A stretch of 64,000 bases of DNA from Alphaproteobacteria bacterium (GCA_965227515.1 CBDDFZ010000002.1:736001-800000); one strand, 5' to 3'; positions 19,646 through 28,844 are shown, numbered from the stretch's first letter. Translations and numbers: made by a program. The notes: generated by a model not told the origin, from the sequence alone.

Positions 19646-19933
19646 TTAGACGCGCTCTTCGTGGGCGCGATAGTCCTGCAGTCTCGTCGTGCGTAAGCCG
19701 CGCAGTCCGTGACGTTCGATCAGTCGTTGCCAGGACAGGAACTCCTCGACCGACAGCTTGTATCGGGCGCAGGCGTCTTCCAGGCTGATCAAGCCGGATC
19801 GAACCCCGGCAACGACTTCGGCTTTGCGGCGGATGACCCAGCGCTTGGTCTTGGGCGAGGGCAGTTCGTCGATGCTGCGTGGCACCATAACTCCGTCCAA
19901 GAGCGGATCATCGAAGGTCTGTCGTGCGTCCAT
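19646..19933 (-). CDS. sciP: CtrA inhibitor SciP (DUF1153)
   Basis: LPSPKTKRWVIRRKAEVVAGVRSGLISLEDACARYKLSVEEFLSWQ...GLRTTRLQDYR; lies between flgE and fliF. Confidence 0.93.
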   Translation of the reverse strand: MDARQTFDDPLLDGVMVPRSIDELPSPKTKRWVIRRKAEVVAGVRSGLISLEDACARYKLSVEEFLSWQRLIERHGLRGLRTTRLQDYRAHEERV

Positions 19934-20122
19934 GTCTAGTCCTGATGCTGGCTACAACTACCTGTTGATGCTCCCGGGAGCATAGCCGGCCCGACCTAAA
20001 GAAACCGCTAATGCGTGTCCCCATTGCCGGGCCCGGCGTCAGCCAAACAGTGGACGCGAAGTCCAAATGCGAACCGATGCCTTCGGTTATAGTTTATGAA
20101 AGGTTATTCTTTTTGCCGATGA

Positions 20123-21493
20123 CTATCGTTTCAGCCTGATCAGTTCCTCCAGCATTTGGTCGCCCGTGGTAACGATGCGGGCCGATGCGGAATAGGCACG
20201 TTGTGTGACGATCATATTGGTGAACTCGGTGGCCAGGTCCGCGTTGGAAGCCTCCAGGGAGGCCGATGCCACCTTGCCTGCACCGGCTGTGTTGGCCTGC
20301 AACAGCAGGTGCTCGCCGGAAAAGGCGGACTCCGCGAAGGCATTGCCGGAACGCGCCTCCAACCCGTTCGGGCTGTTGAAGATAGCGATCGGCAACTGGT
20401 AGATCTTCTTCAGGCTGCCATTGTCGAAGAAGGCGGTGACGATGCCGTCGCCATCGATCTGCACACCGGCAAAGGAACCGAACGGCAGGCCGTTCTGATC
20501 GAGCGCCTTGGGCGTGTACGGGCCGTCGAGGAACGTCATGCCGGTCGCCTCGCCATAAGTGCCGAGGTTCAGCGTGATTTCGTTGGTGGTGGCGGCACCC
20601 AGTTCGCCGCCGGAGCCGGTGAAGTTGAACTGCTCGGGTGCTGCCGGCGAGAAGTCCAGCGTGATGTTGACGGCACCGGTGCCGCCGGTCAGCGTGCCAT
20701 CGTTGGCGAAATCGATGGTGGCGAGGGTCATGTAGTTGGTGGCCGACAGTGCGGCGGCGGCACCGCCCGAGCCCGTGTCCGGGTCATACGTGCCGGACGA
20801 GGCGCCGTCCGCGCCACGGGTCAGGCCGCTCAGGCGCACTTCCCACTGGTCATTGCCGGCGACGACGCCGTTGTAGTGCCAAGTGAATTCGGCGTCGTGG
20901 GCCACACCAAGGCTGTCGTAGATCAGCACATTGGTGTTGTAGGTATCTCCGGCGGTGGAAACGGCCGGCAGATTGGCAGCCACCGACATTGAGGTGGTGC
21001 GCTCGGCCAGCGTCGATAGATTGGCGACATTGACGGTCTCCAGGGCACTGATCGAGCTGGTATTGGTGGGCAGTTGTTCGTTTGCGTCCAGCGGCCACCC
21101 CTGCAGATAGAAGCCACCGGTGTTCACGAAGTAGCCGTCCTTATCGATGTTGAACGAGCCGGCGCGGGTGAACAGATACTCGTTGCCCAGCGCGGGACTC
21201 GGCGACTCGTTGACCACGAAGAAGCCTGCTCCGTCGATGGCAATGTCGGTGGACGACGCGGATGACTGCAAGAGCCCTTGACTGTTAATATTATAGAGTG
21301 GCAATGACAGCACGCCGCCAGGGGAATGCGAGGATTGCGAGGAATTCTGCGTCACCAGCGAGGAAAATTTCGACTGAACGGCCTTGTAGCCGATGGTGCC
21401 GACGTTCGAAATGTTGTCGGCAATGATGCCAAGGGCTTGGCTTTGCGCGTTAAGCGACGAAACGCCGGAGGTCAGAGCGCCGAACAGGGACAT
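20123..21493 (-). CDS. flgE: Flagellar hook protein FlgE
   Basis: ADNISNVGTIGYK, DIAIDGAGFF, FTRAGSF, LEASNADLATEFTNMIVTQRAYSA. Confidence 0.96.
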   Translation of the reverse strand: MSLFGALTSGVSSLNAQSQALGIIADNISNVGTIGYKAVQSKFSSLVTQNSSQSSHSPGGVLSLPLYNINSQGLLQSSASSTDIAIDGAGFFVVNESPSPALGNEYLFTRAGSFNIDKDGYFVNTGGFYLQGWPLDANEQLPTNTSSISALETVNVANLSTLAERTTSMSVAANLPAVSTAGDTYNTNVLIYDSLGVAHDAEFTWHYNGVVAGNDQWEVRLSGLTRGADGASSGTYDPDTGSGGAAAALSATNYMTLATIDFANDGTLTGGTGAVNITLDFSPAAPEQFNFTGSGGELGAATTNEITLNLGTYGEATGMTFLDGPYTPKALDQNGLPFGSFAGVQIDGDGIVTAFFDNGSLKKIYQLPIAIFNSPNGLEARSGNAFAESAFSGEHLLLQANTAGAGKVASASLEASNADLATEFTNMIVTQRAYSASARIVTTGDQMLEELIRLKR

Positions 21494-21559
21494 GTTGCAT
21501 CTCCTTGGAATACCGAACCGTGGGGTTCGAAACCGCCGCGCCAGGCGGCATCAGTGTGA

Positions 21560-22249
21560 TCAGGCGGCCGGTTGACCGTCGTTGTCGATGGTGGGTTGGC
21601 GCACCGCCGTGATGTTGGTCAGGGGCACGGGCACGTCGCCAACCATGACCACCGGCTGGCCGTCGCGGGTTTCGACCCCGGACACGGTACCGACCATGCC
21701 GGTCGACGCCTGGATCGGGTTGCCCACGTCGTCGGCTGCCGCCACCTCGAACGAGTAGGTGCCCTCCGGATAGGTCTGGCCATTGGTGCCGACGCCGTCC
21801 CAGACGATCTGGTGGCTGCCCGCCGTTGTCGGGCCGGTGCCGGTGAAGACGATCGCGCCGTTGGCGTCGCGGATGTTGAATGACGTACTGGTGGCGTCCT
21901 GCGGCAGCGAATAGCTGAACTGGGCATAGCCGTCGATCAGCGGCGAGCTGTTGCCGATCGCCTCGATCTCGCGGCCGATGAAGTTCAGGGCCGACAGCAC
22001 CTGGTTGCTGCTCTCGGCGGCCAGGAGCTGGTCCAGTGTCGTGTTGGTCTGGATCGCCTGTTCCACACTCGCGAACTGCACGAGCTGGGTGGTGAATTCG
22101 GTCGCCTCCATCGGCGACAGCGGATCCTGGTTCTGCAACTGCTGGGTCAGCAGGGTCAGGAAGCTGTCGAAGTCGGATGTCAGCTTGCCGAGCGCATTGC
22201 TCTGGCTGCCGCCGGCGGCGCTGGCGCCCGATGCCGCTGCTACGTCCAT
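21560..22249 (-). CDS. flgD: Flagellar hook capping protein FlgD
   Basis: FLTLLTQQLQNQDPLSPM...FTTQLVQFASVEQ. Confidence 0.95.
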   Translation of the reverse strand: MDVAAASGASAAGGSQSNALGKLTSDFDSFLTLLTQQLQNQDPLSPMEATEFTTQLVQFASVEQAIQTNTTLDQLLAAESSNQVLSALNFIGREIEAIGNSSPLIDGYAQFSYSLPQDATSTSFNIRDANGAIVFTGTGPTTAGSHQIVWDGVGTNGQTYPEGTYSFEVAAADDVGNPIQASTGMVGTVSGVETRDGQPVVMVGDVPVPLTNITAVRQPTIDNDGQPAA

Positions 22250-22330
22250 GGGTGGTTCACCTTGTTGTCGGCGCGTGCGGACGCCTGGTCCTGTTCGGTC
22301 ACTACGCGGTAGGTCAGTTGCGTCGGCCGA

Positions 22331-24019
22331 TCAGACATAGACGTCCACCACGGTTCGGCCGTCCGCGGTCCGGCCGCCGCGCAGCCATGCCTCGTCACCG
22401 GCAATCTCAAGCTCGGTCTCGATCTCGTCGTCATCCGGCCCCTGGCGACCCGGGCCGTCATTGCCGGCGTTGTTCAGCTGGTCGTGGGTGGCCGCTTCCT
22501 GGTCTTTCAAGCCGAAATTCAGGCTGCCCGAATCTGTGCTGACGCCGGCATCCCGCAGTGCCTGCTCCAGGTCGCGGGCCGAGCGCTGCAATTGGTCCAG
22601 CGTTTCCGGCTTCTCGACAGACAGCACCGCGGTCAGCTTGCCGTCCGACGCCATGTCCAACTGAACGTCGATGCGGCCCATGGAGCTGGGGTTCAGGCGC
22701 AGCGTCATGCGGTCGGCGCCGGTCTCCGCAACCCGGGCGATGGTGACGCCGATGCGCTGAGCCACTGTCTGGGCATGGGGCTGCGGCGCGGCGCGGGATG
22801 CGGTGGCGGCCTGGGTCTTGGCCGCGGTGGCATCGCCCCCGTTGGTGACCGAATTGGTGGCGGTGAACTGCGTCGTCGGATCGGCCGGCGTGGCAGGGCG
22901 CGCATCGGCGGCAACCGGCGCTGCCTGGTGCAGCCCGCGCTCCGCCGCCTGCGCCAATGCCTGCCGCGCGAAGTGCAGACGCTCGAACGGCGCGTCGCCG
23001 GCTTGCGCGGTCTTGCTGTCCAGGGCAGCGGCGGCCGCGCGGCGCTTGGCCGTGGCGGGGCCGTTGCGGCCATCGGCGGCGGCCGACTGGTTGGCGTTGG
23101 CCTGGGCGGCATTCGCCGCTGCGACGGCGGCATCGCCGGTGCCGGCCGTCGCGGTCGCGCTGGCGGAAACGGCTGTCGCATTGACCGCAGGCTTGGCTGT
23201 CGGCTGTGCGGTGGTGGCGATTGCCTCGTCCGGTGCCGCGGCTTGTTGAGCGGCCGCCGACGCACCGGGCTTGCCGGCGTGGGCGGCGGCATTCGCGGTT
23301 GCCGCTGCTGGCGCGGCGACCCCGGTCGGCGACGCGGCGCTGGCGGTGGTGCCGACACCGGTTGCGGGTTCCACGGTGTTCTTTCCGGCGATGCCTGGTC
23401 CGTTCGTGACAGGCGTCACGGACGGGTCGGTGCCAAAGGGCGTTACCGGTCCGGTAGGCGTCGCAACCGAGCCCGGCACCACGGGCCGCGCATCGCCAGG
23501 CACATTCGTCTGGTTTGGGGTGGTGGCAGCCTTGCCATCCGGATTGGCAGCCAGCATGGCCATCGCCAGCACGTCGAATGTGGTCTCGGTGCCGGCGTCA
23601 TCAACCTCAGCGGCCTCGTTATTGGTGGCCTCGGTATTGGCGGCCTCGCCGCTGGCGCGCGTCGCGGGATCGGCCGCGTCTTCACCGGCCGTGGCCTCCT
23701 CGCCGCCATTGCGGGACCCATTGTTCCGGCTGTCGGCCGGCTGGCCGTCGGCGGCGGCGGTGTCCTCGGCCGCCTCGCTCGAGGCAGCGCGATCGTTGGC
23801 GCTATCGTGCCCGCCGTTGTCGCGATCCGACCGGGTGTCCCGGCTGGAGTGACGCTCCGCCCTGTCGGTATCGGCCGGGCGGTCGCGCTCGACCTCCGGG
23901 CGGGCCGGGGCCAGGTCGCGCAGTACGTCGTCGAATCCGCCGGCGCGCGAAGAGATGGCGGTGCCGTTGCTGGACGGCACCGGGGGGGCTATGGCATCTG
24001 CAGCGTGAGCAACGTGCAT
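22331..24019 (-). CDS. fliK: Flagellar hook-length control protein FliK
   Basis: Low-complexity N-terminus; C-terminal LRLNPSSMGRIDVQL...ETLDQLQR..DLEQALRDAG; upstream of flgD; start placed downstream of the sigma54 site. Confidence 0.9.
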   Translation of the reverse strand: MHVAHAADAIAPPVPSSNGTAISSRAGGFDDVLRDLAPARPEVERDRPADTDRAERHSSRDTRSDRDNGGHDSANDRAASSEAAEDTAAADGQPADSRNNGSRNGGEEATAGEDAADPATRASGEAANTEATNNEAAEVDDAGTETTFDVLAMAMLAANPDGKAATTPNQTNVPGDARPVVPGSVATPTGPVTPFGTDPSVTPVTNGPGIAGKNTVEPATGVGTTASAASPTGVAAPAAATANAAAHAGKPGASAAAQQAAAPDEAIATTAQPTAKPAVNATAVSASATATAGTGDAAVAAANAAQANANQSAAADGRNGPATAKRRAAAAALDSKTAQAGDAPFERLHFARQALAQAAERGLHQAAPVAADARPATPADPTTQFTATNSVTNGGDATAAKTQAATASRAAPQPHAQTVAQRIGVTIARVAETGADRMTLRLNPSSMGRIDVQLDMASDGKLTAVLSVEKPETLDQLQRSARDLEQALRDAGVSTDSGSLNFGLKDQEAATHDQLNNAGNDGPGRQGPDDDEIETELEIAGDEAWLRGGRTADGRTVVDVYV

Positions 24020-24056
24020 GTTGTGTTGGCTCCTGCGAACGTTACGCTGACTGATC

Positions 24057-24072
24057 AGCAAGAGCCGGGCCA
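24057..24072 (-). promoter_or_regulatory. Sigma54 (-24/-12) promoter of fliK-flgD-flgE
   Basis: TGGCCCGGCTCTTGCT on the minus strand (GG-N10-GC); AT-rich IHF-like tract at about 24085-24112. Confidence 0.75.
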
Positions 24073-24165
24073 CGGCGGCCGCTCATATAACATATTGAAA
24101 AACAACGATTGTTTGGTGCGGCGTAGACGGCATGCCACTGCTGGGGCGTGCCAATTTGCCGGGGG

Positions 24166-24180
24166 CGGCAACACTTGCCG
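24166..24180. promoter_or_regulatory. FlbD-type ftr enhancer
   Basis: CGGCAACACTTGCCG, a perfect dyad about 100 bp upstream of the sigma54 site. Confidence 0.7.
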
Positions 24181-24342
24181 GGTCATATTGGCCATCGGGC
24201 AACAGGTGCACCGTTGGCAGCCAGGCGCGGCGGCGGTGCATGCCGCCAGCCGTGATCGTGCGCCTGGAACGACAACACCCCGCGCCGATGCCGGCACGGG
24301 GTGTCGCGAACGCAGGGCCGTCGCCGGCCGGGTGGGCGCGGT

Positions 24343-24822
24343 TCAGGCCATCAGCTGGGTGTTGAGGCCCGCAGCCGCGGTGGTGTCGGTGCCCGGAGCC
24401 GAAGCCGGCGCGGAGGTCGCCGGCGTTGCCCCCGGTGCCGAGCTGACGGCAGCCTGGTTCGGGTTTTCGAGCAGTCCGGTCGCGATGGTGCGGTTGATGT
24501 CGATCAGCACCTGCAACTCGTCGGGCTTCACCCGCGGCATGGCCGCGATGGTCTGGCGGTCGACGAAGCGGGAGAGCTGCAGCATGTTGCGCTTGATCTC
24601 CAGCGGCAGCGGGTTGGACTCCTCGCTGATGTCCGCCTGGAAAATCGTCCACAACCGCCAGTTCAATCGCAATGCGGCGCGGTAGACCTCGCGATCGGCG
24701 TCGGTGGACTTCACGTCTTCCAGCCGCCGTGCCGCCTCCATCAGGGCACGACCCTCGGTCTCGCGGGGCGTGCGCGCCAGCTTCTGGCTGGACTGGTAGG
24801 CGTTATGACTGAGGCTGGGCAT
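24343..24822 (-). CDS. flaF: Flagellar regulator FlaF
   Basis: AYQ...TPRETEGRAL...ALRLNWRLWTIFQADI...NPLPLEIKRNMLQLS...LIDINRTIATGL. Confidence 0.92.
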   Translation of the reverse strand: MPSLSHNAYQSSQKLARTPRETEGRALMEAARRLEDVKSTDADREVYRAALRLNWRLWTIFQADISEESNPLPLEIKRNMLQLSRFVDRQTIAAMPRVKPDELQVLIDINRTIATGLLENPNQAAVSSAPGATPATSAPASAPGTDTTAAAGLNTQLMA

Positions 24823-25201
24823 TGGTCAGAACCTCGCTCTCGTACTTGATCAATTCGCGGCACTTCTTCAGCGCCGCGTAGCTGTTGCCCTCGATTACCT
24901 TCTGACCGATCTCCATCAGCAGGGGCAGGGCACTTGGCACAGCCACACCGAACTCTTGCAAGAGTCTATTAATGTTCTCTTGATGCCGGTGCTCGTGCTC
25001 CGGAAACAGGTGGAGCAACTGAACGACAAAGTAGATGCAGCGACCCGGCGTATCGGCTTGCGATTCGGTGACGATATCCTTCTCGCGCAGGATGTTGGCC
25101 CGATTTTGCAGCACCAGTTGGGACCGGTCGCCACTGTTCACGACGACCGCCCCGTTGATGATGATCTTTTCGCCGGGCTTCAGCGAAAGTTTCAGTGCCA
25201 T
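24803..25201 (-). CDS. flbT: Flagellin mRNA regulator FlbT
   Basis: MALKLSLKPGEKIIINGAV...ILREKDI...ADTP...YAALKKCRELIKYE. Confidence 0.93.
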   Translation of the reverse strand: MALKLSLKPGEKIIINGAVVVNSGDRSQLVLQNRANILREKDIVTESQADTPGRCIYFVVQLLHLFPEHEHRHQENINRLLQEFGVAVPSALPLLMEIGQKVIEGNSYAALKKCRELIKYESEVLTNAQPQS

Positions 25202-25260
25202 TGCTGGAACTCCTCGTGCGCTTTCTGCAACAGACTTCGGTCAACCGCTCAGGTCGGCGC

Positions 25261-26088
25261 TTAGCCGCCGAACAGGCTGAGGACCGAACGCTCGTTCTGG
25301 GCCGCCAGCGACAGGGAGTTGATCGCGAGCTGCTGGCGGGTCTGCAGGGCCAGAAGGTTGGCGCTCTCGCCGTTCATGTCGGCCAGGGTCAGCTTGCCGG
25401 CACCGCCTTCCAGGGTAGAGACTAGCGAGCTGGTAAAGCTTAGGCGAGCTTGCAGCACGGTGTTGTTGGAGCCCAAGGCTGCGGAGTTGGTGCGCAATTC
25501 CGTCAGCGCGCTGTTCAACTGGCCGAGCGCTGCATTGATCGCGCCGTCCGAGGACCAGTTGCCGATGGCGGTCGCCACGGACAGGCCGCCGACGCTGGTG
25601 GTCGACTTGACATGAGAGATGGTCAGTTTCGACGAGCCGTCCTCGTTGAAGTCGATCTCCAACTGGTCAGTGCCCGCGTCGATCAGGTTGACACCGTTGT
25701 AGGACGTGTCGCCGGCCAGCGTGTCGATCTGGGTCAGCAGGTCGTCGAACTGCGCCGCCAGGCCGGAGCGCTCCGAGGCGCTGCCCGAGGACTTCGCCTT
25801 GGTGGCCAGGCCCTTGGCCTGCTCGATCAGCGAGGTGATCGACTCCAGGCCGTCGATCGCAGCCTGGATGGTGCTGATCGACTGGTCGATGTTTTCTTTC
25901 AGGCGGGTCAGGTCGGACGCCCGCTCGGTCAGCGCGCGGGCCTGGAAGAAAGCACTGGCGTCGTCCAGAGCCGAGTTCACTTTCAGGCCGGTGGCCAGAC
26001 GCTGCTGGGTCTTGTCGATCAGGGCGTTGGTCCCCTGCAAGGTCAGCAGGTTGGATCGGACCGTCTGCGAGAGTGCGATTTTGTCCAT
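25261..26088 (-). CDS. fliC: Flagellin (short form), paralog 2
   Basis: RLATGLKVNSALDD, SYNGVNL, LTLADMNGESANLLALQTRQQL; GGAGG RBS before ATG 26088. Confidence 0.93.
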   Translation of the reverse strand: MDKIALSQTVRSNLLTLQGTNALIDKTQQRLATGLKVNSALDDASAFFQARALTERASDLTRLKENIDQSISTIQAAIDGLESITSLIEQAKGLATKAKSSGSASERSGLAAQFDDLLTQIDTLAGDTSYNGVNLIDAGTDQLEIDFNEDGSSKLTISHVKSTTSVGGLSVATAIGNWSSDGAINAALGQLNSALTELRTNSAALGSNNTVLQARLSFTSSLVSTLEGGAGKLTLADMNGESANLLALQTRQQLAINSLSLAAQNERSVLSLFGG

Positions 26089-26220
26089 TCTATCCTCCGG
26101 CTGTTGCTGCGGGACCGGCAACCAGCCGAGACGCGCACCAAACCAGCTTTCTGCTCCGGTTGGTCGCCAACCGGACGATAATGTCGCGACTTATGTCGAG
26201 ATCGATACGGTAGGGTTAAT

Positions 26221-26236
26221 GGCAAGCCACGTGCCA
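26221..26236 (-). promoter_or_regulatory. Sigma54 promoter of flagellin 2
   Basis: TGGCACGTGGCTTGCC on the minus strand; AT-rich IHF-like tract at 26274-26305. Confidence 0.8.
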
Positions 26237-26379
26237 AGACGTGCCAGCCATGCCCAGGGGTGCGGGCTGGTTCAAAATTATATTGTATTTGCAATAAGTT
26301 GAATGGGTCATCCCGATGCCCGGCCGGGACGGAAAGAATTTTTTTGCCATGTTCGGGTCGGCAATGTTAACGCCTAACG

Positions 26380-26414
26380 CGGCAAGAGCTGCCGGGTTAC
26401 GGCAAGACCTGCCG
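26380..26414. promoter_or_regulatory. Tandem FlbD-type ftr enhancers
   Basis: CGGCAAGAGCTGCCG (26380-26394) and CGGCAAGACCTGCCG (26400-26414). Confidence 0.7.
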
Positions 26415-26460
26415 ACGGGGTGAAAAGCGCTTCGGCAGCGCTTTGGCAGCCTGCTAGGAC

Positions 26461-26491
26461 AAAAAAAAGTGGCGGGGGAAATCCCCGCCAC
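26461..26491 (-). terminator. Rho-independent terminator of flagellin 1
   Basis: GTGGCGGGGA-TT-TCCCCGCCAC followed by T8 on the minus strand. Confidence 0.9.
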
Positions 26492-26562
26492 TCGCGTTCG
26501 TAATGTCGCTTGGGGCGTTGGGCGGTCGCGTCCTGCGACCACCCACGCCGGACGTATGCGAC

Positions 26563-27387
26563 TTAGCCGAACAGTCCCAGCACCGACCGCTCGCTCTGCG
26601 CGGCCAGCGCCAAGGCGTTGGTCGAGAGCTGCTGCCGGGTCTGCAGCGCCAGAAGGTTGGCGCTTTCGGTGTTCAGGTCGGCCAACGTCAGCTTGCTGGC
26701 GCCAGACTCCAGTGTGTTGACCAGGCTCTCGGTGAAGTCGAGCCGTGCCTGCAACACGGTGTTGTTGGAGCCGAGGGTCGCGGCGTTGGTCCGCAGCTCG
26801 GTCAGGGCCGAATTGATCTCGGTCAACGCGGTGTTGATGTTGCCATCGGACGCGAAGTTACCCGCGGCCGCCGCAATCGAAAGACCACCGACGCTGGTGG
26901 TCGACTTCAGCGAGGCAATTGTCAGCTTGGAGCTGCCGTCCTCATTGAAGTTGATCTCCAGCTGAGCCGAGCTGGTGCTGATCAAGTTGGTGCCGTTGTA
27001 GCTTGCGTCACCAGCCAGATCGTTGATCTGGGTCAGGAGGTCGTCAAACTGCGCGGCAAGGCTTGAACGCTCGGAGGTACTGCCCGAGGATTTGGCCTTG
27101 GTGGCCAGGCCTTTGGCCTGCTCGACCAAGTCTGTAATTGACTCAATACCATCAATAGCAGCCGTAATAGTGGATACACCCTGCTCGATATCAGACTTGA
27201 GGGAGTCGAGGTCGCTGGCGCGATTGTTGAGAGCTGAGGACTGGAAGAACGCCGAAGCGTCGTCCAGTGCCGACGACACCTTCAGGCCGGTGGCCAAACG
27301 GTTCTGCGTCGCATTGATGAGGTCGGTGGTCCGGCTGAGGGTCAGCAGGTTTGCGCGCACCGGCGCCGAAAGATTGACTTGAGTCAT
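26563..27387 (-). CDS. fliC: Flagellin (short form), paralog 1
   Basis: MTQVNLSAPVRANLL...RLATGLKVSSALDD...LTLADLNTESANLLALQTRQQL; GGGAG RBS. Confidence 0.94.
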   Translation of the reverse strand: MTQVNLSAPVRANLLTLSRTTDLINATQNRLATGLKVSSALDDASAFFQSSALNNRASDLDSLKSDIEQGVSTITAAIDGIESITDLVEQAKGLATKAKSSGSTSERSSLAAQFDDLLTQINDLAGDASYNGTNLISTSSAQLEINFNEDGSSKLTIASLKSTTSVGGLSIAAAAGNFASDGNINTALTEINSALTELRTNAATLGSNNTVLQARLDFTESLVNTLESGASKLTLADLNTESANLLALQTRQQLSTNALALAAQSERSVLGLFG

Positions 27388-27545
27388 GTCTAGGTCTCCC
27401 TTTCTAGGATCCGGACGCCCACATTCTGTGGGCGTGACAACCGGGTTCTACATGAACGCGGGCAGACAGGCGGGGATTTGCGGCGCTGGAACATCCTGTT
27501 CCAAAGTACAAGGCCCCACCTGGCAAAGCACCGCTGCCACACATC

Positions 27546-27561
27546 AGCAATCGGTGTGCCA
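27546..27561 (-). promoter_or_regulatory. Sigma54 promoter of flagellin 1
   Basis: TGGCACACCGATTGCT on the minus strand; AT-rich tract at 27601-27628. Confidence 0.8.
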
Positions 27562-27660
27562 AGATGTCGGGAAAATGGCAGAATCCAGGCATGCTGCGGG
27601 ATTGATTGCTTAATAAATATTGTATTTACCATGCCAGCAGGGCATTATGTGCCGATCTAT

Positions 27661-27696
27661 CGGCAAAAAATGCCGACCTGGCGGCATAAATTGCCG
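27661..27696. promoter_or_regulatory. Tandem FlbD-type ftr enhancers
   Basis: CGGCAAAAAATGCCG (27661-27675) and CGGCATAAATTGCCG (27682-27696); weaker copy at 27640-27654. Confidence 0.7.
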
Positions 27697-27979
27697 TCAG
27701 TTTATTGTTAGGGTTAAAACAAAGTGTAAGTATTTGGCCGTCGGTGGGTGTCGGCCCTTCTGTTGTGAGATCACTATGCATAGCGCGTGCCACAATGGAG
27801 CGGCCGCCCAGCGCGTTCATCAATTATCAACCATGGCGGTGGCTGGATGTACGGGCTCTTGAGCACCGGCGCCCGCGTTGTGGGAAGACAAATCAGGTGA
27901 CGGCGCAGCTTGGCTGTGGTCCGCTGCCCCGACACAGGCGCCCGCAGTCACCCTGGACTTAAAGTCCCCCAAGGCTCAG

Positions 27980-28840
27980 ATGACCGATTTCGTCGCCGAG
28001 GTTTCCAGCAACCACCACACCGACATCGAACGGTGCCGCGCCTTCATTGCGCGCGCAGCCGCGGTGGGGTGTGCCGCGGTCAAGTTCCAGCTGTTCACCG
28101 TCGACCAGTTGTTCGCGCCCGAGATCGTCGCCGCCAGCCCGGAACATCGCGCCCGCCGCGCCTGGGAACTGCCGCGCGACATGGTGCCCGAACTGGCCGC
28201 GTGCGCGCGCGCGCACGATATCGGTTTTGCCTGCACCCCTTTCGATTTGCCGGCGGTCGACGTGCTGGCGCCCCACGTGGATTTCCTCAAGGTCGCGTCC
28301 TACGAGCTGCTGTGGGACGACCTCTTGCGGGCGTGTGCGGCTACCGGGCGGCCGGTGGTGCTCTCCACCGGCATGGCGACGATGGCAGAAATTGCCCACG
28401 CCGTGGACGTTTTGCGCACCGCCAATGCCAGCGCCGTCACGGTGCTGCATTGCGTGTCCGGCTACCCCACGCCGAGGACCGATGCCAACCTGTCGGCGAT
28501 CGCGACCCTGCGCGATGCCTTCGACGTGCGGGTCGGCTGGTCCGACCACAGCCGCGACCCCGGCGTCGTGCTGCGCGCGGTCCATCGCTGGCGGGCCTCC
28601 ATGGTGGAGTTCCACCTGGACCTTGAGGGCGACGGCCCGGAATACGCCGCCGGCCATTGCTGGCTGCCGGACGAGATTGCACCGGTCATCGCCGCCTGCG
28701 CCGACCTTTCGGTGGCCGACGGCGACGGGGTGAAGGCCCCGCAGGCCGCGGAACGGTCGGACCGCGATTGGCGCGCCGATCCCAGTGACGGATTGCGGCC
28801 CTTGAAGGCGCTGCGCCCCGGTTTCAGACAAGCAGGCTGA
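27980..28840 (+). CDS. N-acetylneuraminate/nonulosonate synthase family (NeuB/PseI/LegI), no SAF domain
   Basis: AEVSSNH, AVKFQ, FLKVASYEL, LSTGMA, LHCVSGYP, GWSDHS, VEFH; about 286 aa. Confidence 0.9.
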   Translation: MTDFVAEVSSNHHTDIERCRAFIARAAAVGCAAVKFQLFTVDQLFAPEIVAASPEHRARRAWELPRDMVPELAACARAHDIGFACTPFDLPAVDVLAPHVDFLKVASYELLWDDLLRACAATGRPVVLSTGMATMAEIAHAVDVLRTANASAVTVLHCVSGYPTPRTDANLSAIATLRDAFDVRVGWSDHSRDPGVVLRAVHRWRASMVEFHLDLEGDGPEYAAGHCWLPDEIAPVIAACADLSVADGDGVKAPQAAERSDRDWRADPSDGLRPLKALRPGFRQAG

Positions 28841-28844
28841 TCCT

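Noticed and set aside
19996-20011. Possible CtrA box upstream of sciP
   Set aside because: CTAA-N8-CTAA has the wrong spacing and two imperfect half-sites, so it is not supportable even though it is biologically expected
9343-24685. Many long plus-strand ORFs (e.g. 755, 572, 616 and 733 aa) opposite the flagellar genes
   Set aside because: Antisense shadows expected in high-GC DNA; Arg/Gly/Ala-rich with no recognisable motifs
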